This document shows, piece after piece, positions 24,050 to 36,090 of a stretch of 64,000 nucleotides of DNA (position 1 is the stretch's first letter; every line of letters begins with the position of its first letter). Origin of the DNA: Hydrolagus colliei (taxonomy: Eukaryota); assembly GCA_035084275.1 (NCBI GenBank), contig CM068769.1, forward strand, positions 1,116,001 to 1,180,000. Reading direction: 5' to 3'. Below the pieces are notes generated by a model. The model was not told where the DNA came from. It did not search any database and saw only the letters and a program-made list of their open reading frames with translations. The position numbers and the translations under genes were made by a program.

Positions 24050-24540
24050 CTTCCGACATGACAGGCGCTATGCAAGAACACTTTTGTTGCTGTTCACGTC
24101 GAATGGACGTCTGAAGCCGCTGACCAGTCTGCTCGGGAATTGAGCAATGGAGAAGGCAGGGTAGTGGGGAGGGGCGTGAGAGAGGTAAGACTGGAGTGCG
24201 GGTGTTGGGAACGAAGGGGAAGAGTCGGGGGGACAGAAGGCACTGTCGAAGAGGAGGGACATGAGATTGGCCTTCAATGCGGCTAGGGATTTAGCCAGGC
24301 CTAGGGAATGTGGGATGGAGTTCCAGATTGCAGCGAAAGAAAGTCAATCCACAGATGATAGCGTGGGTCAGGCGGAGTACATTGAGCAGATCGGAACTGG
24401 CTAAACCGAGGGGTCGTCGATGATCATAGGAGGACAGCCGGACGGAGATTGGGGTGGTAGAGGAGGCGACGGGGTGGATCGCGGGGGTGGCAAGGCCGTG
24501 AATGGCCTTGAAGTTGTGGAGGAGGACTTTGCATTCGAAA
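24050..24540 (-). mobile_element. L2 LINE 3' fragment, degenerate
   Basis: FECKVLLHNFKAIHGLA..SSDLLNV-like remnant, TGGAACTCCATCCC, and L2-type tail. Ends are approximate. Confidence 0.6.
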
Positions 24541-25111
24541 ACTGGATGAAAAATTAGAATTAATCAGCGATTTGATTTTTGTTGCATCACTAAGAAACGT
24601 TGTCCTCAATTCGTATTGTCTCATGGACCAACACAATCATGTATTCAGTGTCTGCTATTTTTCGAACCATTGATTGAACCTGTGGTGCCTCCATATCGAG
24701 ACATGGTGTCACGTCTAATATAAAGATGTCAAGCAGAGCATTGTGAATGATGTGTATTAGCTGACATGTCCGTCGAACAGCACAAGAAAGCAAGACCTTT
24801 GAAGTTATGTCAGTGAAAGTAACATGATTATGTTAACAGTTATATTAATGCTTGCATTTGACTCAGCATCATATCATATAATTTAAAGTAATTATTACCA
24901 ATGGAAAAAAAATGTACCAATCAACTAACAAACGGTTTTGAAATTACTACTGGGTAAGCAGGGTGTAGTTTAAGACAACTTCACAAAATATTCGTTCTGC
25001 ACTTAATTGTATCCAGGTTCCTCGCTAGCGATATGAGTGCTCTAAATACTGAGCTACAGGAATACACTTGGCAGTTTTTGTAGGGCGGAAGCAATGATCT
25101 TAGTCTCTGTG

Positions 25112-25951
25112 GGTCTCAGTGCACAGTAATACACAGCCGAGTCTGTAACTCTCCCTTGGGTTATATTTAACGGGACAGTTCTTCCCACTTTATCCACTAT
25201 CGTTGAGAATCGTTTGTTAGTAAAGTCGGCATATTCTGGTCTGTTGCTAATGGACGTCCAAAGGATATATTCTGGAGCTGTGTTGGTATAATGGCGGTAC
25301 CAGAACAGATGAGGCATGCTGCTTGCGGTTGTATAATTACACCTAAGATACACATCCTCCCCTTCCTTCACTGTGACAGTAGATTGGAGCTGTGTCAAAG
25401 AGTCTCCTCCACACTGTCCTGGAAACAAATGTCAGCGTTCAGTAGAGTAACACCAATAACAAGAGTAATGCAGGCATATGGAAAAGTTAAATCTTGCGTC
25501 CTCGTGATGACTAAACTTCTACTATACTGAATATAGGTTAACGCGTAGTGTCCGTTTACTTTGGGATCAAAACATATTGGAAAATTTTACACAAGAGTAT
25601 TCCACAAACGGTAGAGGATTGAGTAACTGTATTAACATTAGCAGTATCACATACTGGGAGATAATTACCCACCAATAAAGCAATTGGCCTATGGAACATG
25701 TTCAAAATTACTTCTCAGTATTCACAGCAATGAGTGATGAGTAACTAAACTTGCCTAATAGTTCGCCCTCTCCAGGCTGAGAATGGATCCCAGATACTCT
25801 CGATTGTGACAACTCTATAATTCTTGTTGTGTATTCAATCTGTTAAGCAATAAACAACGGGCTTGATAATAAGTGCAGTTGGCTGACATATAAAATGAGT
25901 GTATGGCTTACCTGACAAGGCAATGATGGCTGCTGCCACATATATGTACAT
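25112..25951 (-). CDS. TCR alpha/delta V segment V9 (family A), intact
   Basis: Leader 25912-25951 (MYIYVAAAIIALS); V exon 25112-25418. RSS CACAGAG 25105-25111 / 23 / ACAAAAACT 25073-25081. Confidence 0.94.
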
Positions 25952-27138
25952 TGCCGTGAATAGGTAAAGGACGCTGATAGTTTATTTGGAGAATGTAGGC
26001 CGTGAAGCGGTAAGATGAGGAGAGCTGAACACTAAATGACAGAGAGGGAGCTGGTCTGAGGTTTATGTACAAACCTTGTGTCTCTGTCAATGTGCGTCAT
26101 CTTCCTGCTCTGCCATCTCGTTCCTCCATTGGTTCTCTGCCATCACTGATATGTCTTTGATCCACCTGGTGTCTGACACGCAGAATATGGTTATTATTCA
26201 ATAAGTGAGTTCGAGATGTTTTAACTCCGTGCTTTAAATCGTTCTCCAGAGCACTCGCCTTTCAATTGTGTGTTGGAATCCGAGCAGATCAGGGCGAAAG
26301 CTCGGACAAGTTTCCTTACACCACACACACGCCTAAATTTAATCCGTGCAAATAAAAACACCACAATAATAAAATTGGTGGTTTCAATCCACGATTGTTC
26401 GTGCGTCTGGCAGCCGCGTTTCGCCCACAAATATACAGTCAGTTCACTTTACAGTGTACTCTGTGAAACGCGTTAAGACCTCGTTAATATGTGAAAAGCG
26501 CTGTATCAATTGCAAGAATTATTATTATTATTTTATATTCCCTTTCCAGGGGCATCATTCTCTTGTGAATCAAGTAACTCAAAACACGTCTTTCTGTGGG
26601 ACAATGCTGCTTTGTACGATTGCTTGACAATCGAGTGATAATGTTTCTTGAATGGATTACCATCCTGGAAAAGGCGACATGCTAATTTACAATTAAATGG
26701 GCCCCACTCATACGTCGGAAAACAGACAATAATGCTCGTAATCTATGCGTTTGATATAGTGCTTTACCACGTAATTGAGACGTCGAGGAGCGCTTCCCTT
26801 GTTGTAATGTGCTTTGAGTTTACGGTCTATGTTATGGGATAAATGCGGCACAAAGCTGCTCACAGCAGTGTCTCACAAAAATTCGTCGATTGAAGTGATC
26901 ATTTTAATTAGTCATTATGACATGAGAAAAAGCCATACACTATTAGATTAATAACCGGATTCCTATTTACTCCTATGTATTCAGAAGCGTGTGGTGTTAG
27001 AAAACAATTGCCGAGTTTTTGGCCTGCTTGGATACGAACCAGCAGTCTTATCGTTTGGGAAACGAGTACTTTAATCATTGAGCTACAGCAACCTCTGCAT
27101 GTTTTTGTACAGGCTCCTCTTGGACACGCAGCACTGTG

Positions 27139-27594
27139 CTCTCTGCTGCACAGAAGTAAGTGGCGGTGTCTGTCACTCGCACGTCTCTGATTGTCAGTGT
27201 GCTGTTCTTCTCTTTTGAATCAGCCAAAGCACGTATCCTCTCCTCCGCATTTATCTCCCTTTTCCCCAACACCAATAACCCTATGGAGCCGTTTCCATAC
27301 TGTTTGTACCAATGAAAAGTTGGGTTGTACACCGTGGTGTTGCACTCTATATATACGTTTCCATTTTCATCCTCTGTCAGTGCCTGAGGTCTCTGTGTCA
27401 CTTCGCTTTCAGCCAAGATACCTGGGAAATAGACATGAACATGCTTGGAAGGAAATTCGGAAAATATCTCCCACAAAACTTATAATTATTTAACAACAAA
27501 CAAGCATGTCTTTGTGCAAAATCACACTCTACTTACAGAAGAGCGACAGGATGAATTTAAAAATACTACACGTTGCTTGGTAACTTGGTTTCAT
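27139..27594 (-). CDS. TCR alpha/delta V segment V10 (family B), intact
   Basis: Leader 27537-27594 (MKPSYQATCSIFKFILSLF); V exon 27139-27421. RSS CACAGTG 27132-27138 / 23 / ACAAAAACA 27100-27108. Confidence 0.94.
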
Positions 27595-28950
27595 TCTCAA
27601 TCCTCGTCCATTCATGCAAAACTTCCAGGTGAAATGCAAGGAGACACCAGCTAACTGCTGATAAACGATCATGAATGTTTGTCGAGTGCCGCTAACTGCG
27701 TAGGTTATAACTATACTCTCGGTGTCGCCTCCACTGAATTCTCATTTCCTGTATGTTTGCTGGTGTGACATTCATTCCCCAATCGGGGACCAACAGAGTT
27801 CACTTAGCCCACAAGTTAGGAAGTTGCTGCACGTTTCAATATATTCGTTCAATCACATTGAATCACGTGAATGAAATAATCTGGCTGCATCGTACTCAAG
27901 CAAATATAGCTGTTACTGTTATTAATATAAGTATATGTTGCTAAGGTAATGCATTATCGGTCGAAATCTTTCTTCAATTAGTTATTTACATTTGGAAACA
28001 GCTTGCATTCATCCTTATCAAGTCAATTCAAGGAAGATTATCACAGCTCCACGCAGGCTTTGCTCTCCGAGGGCAGAAATTGTGTGTTTGGCAACGTCTG
28101 CTGACGTTGCCAAACACGTTTATGTAACGCAGTGTTCCCTCAATCATCTATGATGTGAACAAACAATTGTGCTAATGGAATGTCTGCCCAGTTACCAGTA
28201 GAAACACAGTTATTGCTCAAGCAGGCATATGGAATCATTGCTTGACTGGACCTCTGTTTGTTCGTTCAACAGATTGTAAACTTCTGTGACATTTCTAGAT
28301 ATCCCCCCCAAGCCTTCACTAGAGTGCAAAGTCCAGTACATCCGTCAGGAATCTAATATATCATGCACAAAATGTAAGCCGCTTTTATGTGCATTACTCG
28401 TAAGTTAGATTTGTGATTATTACTTAGCATTGCAACAATAATTTTTGGATTTGATAAAGCGACAATTTTCGCACGTATCGTAGGGCTTCACAGAATGTAC
28501 TCTAATAAGTCTTGACAGTGTGTGTCTTAGTGGAAGAAACACTGGCAGGCCAATGCGCAGAGCAGTGCCCCACATACATACATGGATAGAGTGATTGCAT
28601 TTATATTATCGTGTTTATCTAACGGATTATAAACCAAGGGAAAGCGATCCACCAATGGACTAACAAGCAGGTTCCGTGCAACCGTAAAGTGAAGAGATAT
28701 GTGCGTCCAGACTATTGAAAATTGCCTGAGGAATCCCAAAGCCCAGGAATCAAGCCCAAGTCCACTCGGGAGCAAGGCAAGTACTCCAACCTCTACACTG
28801 CAGGACTCCACAGCGACTGCAGAACGCCATCCCTGTTATAATAGTGTAGCCACCTCAGTGTGTGGCCAGCACCAAGTTGAATGTTTGAGAGGAAGTCACG
28901 ATTGTCTGCTGAGTTTTTGTACAGTATATCTGGCCTCCTGTCACATTGTG

Positions 28951-29822
28951 GGCTCCAGGGCACAGTAATACACGGCGCCGTCACCCACAACAGCCCTGAG
29001 TATTTGCAAGTTAAATATTTTATTCTCCTTGTCCAGGTTGGCAATGAAGCGGTCGGGAATACCAGGAGCTTTGTCTACCTTTCCCGAGGCATATATCCTG
29101 AAGAAGTCCTGAAGATCTCCGTTTGGATATTGCCTGTACCAGAAGGCAGCGTCTATTGTGGAATAATTGCACTTTATTCTCACGTTTTGCCCTTCAAACT
29201 CCCTTATCTCAGGAGGATATTGGTAAATTACATATTTCCCGGTAACTTCTGCAATAAAAAAAACAACGTATTTTTCACAAGGCAACAGCAAAGATTAATG
29301 TTCCATTGGAATAATACTAACTATTATTGAGTTTTGTCGCTCGAATTTTCACAACAATGAGACGTTACAAAAATATACACAAAAAACCCAATGATTATAA
29401 TTTCAAATGAGTTGCCTCCAATCGCCTTTGCAGGCGAACCTCACATCTAGTTGTGCACAGTAGTGTCCCATAAAGAGTTGACAGTGAGCTTTCAAACTAT
29501 TTTTATTAACAATAATTATTGGAGAGAAGATTCGAGCTGGAAGTTGAATATAGTTCCTAATTACTGGTAGACTCACAAAGGCGTGTTTGTTGTAAAGGAA
29601 ATCGTCCAACAATTACCCTGCAGTGAATCAAACTAAGGTTCTCTATTGTTCAATTGTAGTGCTCTATTTGCTACACTACCGAATATTATATAATAATGAT
29701 ACTGACATTTGATATCATGCATTTCACATCTTGCAATACCAAATCAAAAGCACTAGGCATGTCCACACATACTTACTGGCTATGGTGAGGATTGCTATAA
29801 GTAATTGACAGTGACCTGTCAT
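28951..29822 (-). CDS. TCR alpha/delta V segment V11 (family C), intact
   Basis: Leader 29777-29822; V exon 28951-29248 with AFWYRQ..GAVYYCALEP. RSS CACAATG 28944-28950 / 23 / ACAAAAACT 28912-28920. Confidence 0.93.
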
Positions 29823-30757
29823 GCTGGCTGCTGAGGTGAGGGCAGATAGTGGAATATCTCCCTGAATGTGTCCGTTCGGCTGCTTCAGTTACAAGTAGTG
29901 AGACAGCGGCTGATCTGCTGTGTTCAGGCAGTGAGTGATTCCATAAAATTGTGGGCGTTTCACACCAACCAGAGTAGCTTGGCCTTAATCAGCTTCTGAT
30001 TGTCTACAGGCGGATCTTGGTTAGAATGGGGGGAATAGATACATGTTGCAGAGAGAAACAAACGTTTACAGTCTATAATCAAGACTGAGATGACAACCTG
30101 CCTCTTTTGCTTGTGCCATCTCTGATGAGTCAGAAAGTTTTGATTCACGCATCACGTAGGTGCACTGAGATGGTGCTTCGACTGCAATTTAAATTGGTGA
30201 CTGTGTCGGGGCGGTATTGTCAACAAAACTTAGATAGATTCAAAGTTCGCTTCATGTCTATTCGTGAGAGAATTACTGTGTTCAACTTACCTATTGTATT
30301 TGTCTTCAAAATGCATTCACGTATTGTCACATTAACTCATATTAAACGCTTTGTTATCATGTCTTATATGAAGGCATGTTATGAAATCCAAGGATTCTTC
30401 TAATTAATATCGTTATACAGATCCATTTGGAACTGCATCCAAGGCAGGACGGCACGCACTCAGAAATATCATGATTTCTTTAAATCAAAAATAAAATTAA
30501 ACTGAAACATTTTATTCACATTTCCCAAATTAACCAAAGAATGTGCACATGTAGCCATTGAGAAAGCCTAACATGTTTAGCACCACAGCGAGTGCCATTC
30601 AATGGTGGCTGATTATTTTGGAGGGGCAGATAGTAAGATAGGAAATATGCCACATCAAGTGATTCTGGAACAACAATATCATTAATCATGTATTTGCGCA
30701 ACAAATATTAGCACTTTTCAGCTGAAGTGGTAAGAGTGTATATGAGGCAACAACATC

Positions 30758-30900
30758 AACTGTAACAGGAAGCACCTGGTATAGCTCACAAGGAAGTTAG
30801 ATACAGACAGAGAGGAGGCAAGTCATGTGAGTTGCAGCTCATGTTATATACTGTATGTGCTTAGTGCGCCATCTGCTGGTGGATTGCAGGTACAGAACGT
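30758..30900 (-). promoter_or_regulatory. MYB/ETS/E-box-like module plus strong CTCF-like site
   Basis: AACTGTAACAGGAAGCACCTG 30758-30778; CCACCAGCAGATGGCGCAC on the minus strand at about 30864-30882. Confidence 0.6.
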
Positions 30901-31547
30901 GCACAATAGGAGACACTTCACAGTACATGGTTTCCAGAAAGGCTCAACATTCCCTTTCTGAATGGCGCTGTATAAATGTAATTTATTGATGTATTTAGTT
31001 TTTTAAATGTGTTACAATCGACTAGAACAGCACAGAAAAAACTTCTATATCTTGAAGGCCTCCCCAAAAGGCACGCACTTTGAGGCTATATCTGTGACAA
31101 TAACTTATTTAATAACAAATATCAATATTCCATTGATATATATTTGGATGTGATATATCACCATACCATATCTTCGAGTTGCAACATAGAGCTTTACAGA
31201 ATGTAATGTAAACGCTTTGACATCATGCTGCGTGGCAGAAACGCGAAAGCCAAGTTTGCACATCAGAGATCCATTGGATTGAATGACCAATTTAATAATA
31301 TCATCAATATTCTGAAGGAATTCTTATGGCCGGAATAGCGAATCACCAATCCGCTAACAACATAGTTCCGCTTACTGCTATGTAAACATCTACATATGTA
31401 TGGAGTAAGGAAATTTGCCCCACATTTCGCTCAGCCTTGAATTCAAACCCTTGTTTCTTGCCTGTGAGGCGAGTACTGTACCCAGTGAGCTACAGGACTC
31501 CATATGGTAGTTTTTGTAGGGCGGTACCGCTGATCTGTGTCTCTGTT

Positions 31548-32507
31548 GGGCTCAGTGCACAGTAACACACCGCTGAGTCTGTGACTCTCACTTGGGATAT
31601 ATTTAATGGCACGGTTCTCCCCACTTTATCCACTGTTGCTGAGAAATGTCCTTTGGCAGAGTCGGCATATTGTGGTCTGGTGCTGGTGGATGTGCTGAGG
31701 ATATATTTTGGAGATGAGTTGGGATAGTGACGGTACCAGAACAGGTAGGACATAGTGTCGCTTGTAGTATAATTGCACTGTAAAAGCACATCCTTCGCTT
31801 CCTTCACTGTCACAGTAGATTGGAGCTGTGTCACAGCATCTGCTGCACAAAGACCTGGGAAACAAACACACATCAGCGTTTAATACAGTATTAAGATTAA
31901 TATGATTACTGGTATTAATGGTAATAAAAGCAATACATGTGCACAACGCCTTATATCGTACTTGAGGAATCACATTGCGCTTCATATGACAAAACAACAT
32001 CAGTTTCGACTTATACAGCTCCGGCCGTGACGTATAGCGACTCAGAGCGATTTATAATAACAGATCCTGGAGGTTGAGCCAGGGGAGAGGGAGAAAGGTG
32101 ACCAAAGGTGCGATCGAGAATAATCGTCTTCAGCTGGAAGCTGAAATTTGGAAGAGAGAGGGAGAGCCGAACGGATTGAGGAAGGGAGGTCCAGATCCTC
32201 GGGGCGTAGCGGCTGAAGGCACGGCCGCCGATGGAGGAGCGGATGGGTTAGGGGGACACGGTGGAGGACAGAAGCATGAATCCACATCAAGCCAATTGGT
32301 TGATCAAAACGTGGCAGCCCCTTTTGTGCATCGCATGGTCCCACGAACATTGCCGAATTGAGTGATCTTTTCATGGTGACATTAGTAGGAATCAATCTCT
32401 TCGAAAACACGATGCATAAATTTATTGTCGGCCGGTTTCCTGCTTACAGATATTAAAACAAAGGCGTGTGCGTAGAGTAAGGAATAGGCAAAGGATTAGG
32501 CAAAGGA

Positions 32508-32538
<31 letters not shown>

Positions 32539-32596
32539 CTTGAGGCTCACCTGACAATCCAATGAGGAATGCTGCTACATATGTGTACATTGTCAT
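31548..32596 (-). CDS. TCR alpha/delta V segment V12 (family A), open frame but heptamer mutated (AACAGAG) and YYC changed to CYC
   Basis: Leader 32551-32596 (G|GTGAG); V exon 31548-31854; heptamer 31541-31547, 23 spacer, ACAAAAACT 31509-31517. Confidence 0.88.
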
Positions 32597-34429
32597 GCGT
32601 ATCTAATTTCACGGGTAGTTGAGAGAACGTTGAGTTGGAGAATGTTGGCTACGAGAGAGCAGGTGGGAGGATTATTTACAAAACGTCCGTCTGAGTTATT
32701 GTGCGTCACCCATTCTGTTCTACACATCTCGCTCCTTCATTGGTTCCTGTCCATCATTGCCCTTTTTTTTTATCAGCGGTAGGTTGACACCTTTAGTAAA
32801 GTACACTGACATTGAATGTAATCCAAATCGCATAAATCAATTCCACCTCTGCCTGCCATCTCTGACTCTCAAAGTGGCTTTGGAAAGGACATTGCTCTTC
32901 GTCCCTGGAAGGACACGTCATGCTTAGTTGGTTTCCAACGTTACTTGGGGCGCTGACTGGCAAGAGGCAAGATTAAGAGTGTTGCAATCTACATTCTCAT
33001 TACCTACCGATTAAATTTTTTTAATTAATGGTGCACACGCATGATTATGTTAAATGTCTGTGGCTGCTGCCACTCTCCTTCCTTCAAAAGCTGCCGAATG
33101 TGCACATTGATGCACCGTTCTCTCCTTCCTCTCTGCTTCAACTCACCGCTACCTTGCCGCTCTCCCTTGTTTGCTTCCCAATACCTCACTATACAGCTTG
33201 AGTTGTCCTCTTTTCCCGATAGACGCTCCGCCAATCCAACTTTGCTGTCAATTACCCCTGTTGTATATAAAGAATGATAATAAAATTTGCTTCTGAAATA
33301 GCGCATTATCACATCATCGACACAAATCAAGCAGCCACATAGAAGATACTGCAACAACAACAAATTAGATTAATGTAGCGTCCTCCACGCCGGACAGCGT
33401 CTCGTAACGCTTCACTACAATGGACCCCGGTACCGATCCATGGGCAGAAGTTGAAGCATATGATTTTTGGTCAAATGACTTCACGGATTTGCATAAACCT
33501 ATAGCTCGAAACCTTCCTTGTGAGTTCCTCTCAAAAATACGCAAACGTACTCTTGTAATGTATTTTTGCTTTACAGTTATTAGTTGTTCGACATTCAAAA
33601 TCATGCAAGGCGACGTGTTCAGTGGACGCCCATGGGTGTGTGCGGTTTGCTGGACAATGGCCCGATTTGTATTGGCTTTCACATCCACTGGGGCAGTTGG
33701 TAATTTGGTAACCAGCTGCAAAGAAACTTTGAGTGGGCTCAAAGCGAATGGAGGGGAGCCACGTTTATTCAGATTTCTCTTACCAAGTTATTTGAAACTT
33801 GTCTTCCTCCACCGTTTTTTAAAAATGTTTCTGGCTCATGGCATATTGGATACCAACGCTAGTGCGCTGCCTTTATTCAAGGCTATTAATTTTTTAATGC
33901 TGCTCTTTATTTCAAATAGGATTTCACTTGCATGTATTAAAATTCATCTGTGTGAATTAGGTATCTGATACATTGGAATGTCATCACAATGCTTACGAGT
34001 GTGGAAATCAAATTGAGGGATCGAACCATCAACTGTGCATTTGAAACGGAGCCTTACTGCGCCTTTGAGAAGGCTACAAAGCGCTTCTGAGATTTGACTC
34101 GAATACGTTTTGACAAAATATTCTGTCTTTGAAACACGGCAACTGATTTTGCACGGCGTGGATTGAGTGGACAATATATTATCATTATGTATTAGTTGAA
34201 ACGAGTTGCTACCCACGTAAGAGCCATCCGTTCATCAACTGGCAACCATTGTCCCTACTATATTGCTAGGCAAACAGAGGCATGAGGCGTATGGAGACTT
34301 GCGTTACGTTTCGCCCATTCGAGGATCGAATCCAGATCCTTTCGTTTGCGAGATGGGAGCACCAGCCATTGAGCTACACTAAGCCCGGCATGTTTATGTA
34401 CAGGCCCCTCATAGACACACTGCACTGTG

Positions 34430-34887
34430 CCATCCGCACAGAAGTAAGTGGCGGAGTCAGATACCCGCAGATGTTTGATTGTCAACGTGCTTCGTTTATC
34501 TTTTCCCACAGTCAAAGCACTGATCCTCGCATTCGCATTCACGTCTCTTGCTCCCAACACCAAGAACAGAACAGAGCCGTTTCCGTGCTGTTTGTACCAT
34601 TGGAAAATTGGGCTGTTGGACACAGTAGAGCTGCATTCCATAGACACATTGGCGGCTTCATTCACTGTCGCGGCCTGAGGTGTCTGTGACACGCCGCTTT
34701 CGGACACGACACCTGGGAAATAGAAATCAACATTATGTTTGTCCAACTTCAGCAACAACACCAAATAAATTATACGATAGAGAGCCTTTAACGTCGGGAG
34801 GACATCCCAAGCTTCTACATATTACTTACATAAGAATGATACCATTATATTCAAAATAATACACGTTGCATAAAATGTGATCTTCAT
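34430..34887 (-). CDS. TCR alpha/delta V segment V13 (family B), intact
   Basis: Leader 34830-34887 (MKITFYATCIILNIMVSFL); V exon 34430-34712. RSS CACAGTG 34423-34429 / 23 / ACATAAACA 34391-34399. Confidence 0.92.
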
Positions 34888-36056
34888 TCTCAACACTCAA
34901 CCTTGATTCGCGTTGCAGTTTCTTTTTAAAATGCCTACGAGAAATGATCTAAAGGCTGACAAACATTTCCTAATGTTGAAGGAGCGCCAGTATGTATAAT
35001 TATATTCTCGGTAACGCCTTCATCCGCCTCTTATTTCCTCTCTGTTTGTTGTCGCTGTGTACATTCGTTACGCGATTGTCAGCTGGGTTCATACTTACTG
35101 CTAATTAAACAGAGGTGTGACTTTGGTTGAAGGAAACCGTGCTCAATGTGTTCGGGAAGTGAACACAGTTTTTTTCACAGAGGAGGTAGATGCTCTGACC
35201 TTTAAACTACAGAAATGTTCTTGATTATTTCAAGACAGCAGGGAGTTAGACTGGAGACTCAACTCTCAATGTGAGCTGCACGAAACAATAGGCGAATCGA
35301 GATAACTCCGTGTGTTGTATTTGTCCCAGAGTTAGGGTATGGATACAGCACTTTTGTTAAAAGAGAGGGAAACCAGGATTGATTTCACGACAAAGCAAAT
35401 TATTCGGCAAGTTTCTTTACACCACACACACGTGCATACACACTCAAACATACATACACACACACACAAGCCCGAGTTTATCTAATAGTGATAATAATTA
35501 TTACTAGGTGATTGTAAGAAGGATCCTGCATGTTCCACTGGTTTTGTTGTTATCAGAATCATTATATTACATTTGTAACTTGATTCAATACACGACTGAT
35601 AGTGGGACACCAACACGCGAAACTGCCTCCTGCGTTTCGCTTTCACAATATACAGTCAATTCACTTGAACGCACCAACAGAGTCATTTTTTCAGATTAAA
35701 TGTTACTAATTTGATGATTGTGTGGTGAGGTTAAAATATTGGTAATTGAACACCAATTTCATGAGTAGTAGGAACGATTATACATGACTGTGCTGCATCA
35801 TGAAATCGACTCGAAGCACTTCCCAGAACTACTGTGATTTTTGCGTGGGAAACTGGGTAACTTGTCAAGCGCTCTGGGACGCTAAACGTGAGAGGTGCTA
35901 CATGAAGACCAGTTATTGTTGATGGTGAAATAAAACGACAAGTTTTAATGTTGCTGCTTGGATTCCAACGTTGTGTCAGTGAGTTCCAGGTCAAAGATAG
36001 CGAGATCAGCTCCTTTCCCCTCAACATTATCAAGTGTGGCAGTTACATAGAGCAAT

Positions 36057-36090
36057 TGCGCCATCCTGCGGCAGGAAAGTGGCACTGCAG
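36057..36090 (-). promoter_or_regulatory. CTCF-like site with upstream motif
   Basis: Minus strand TGCAGTGCC-ACTTT-CCTG-CCGCAGGATGGCGC. Confidence 0.45.
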
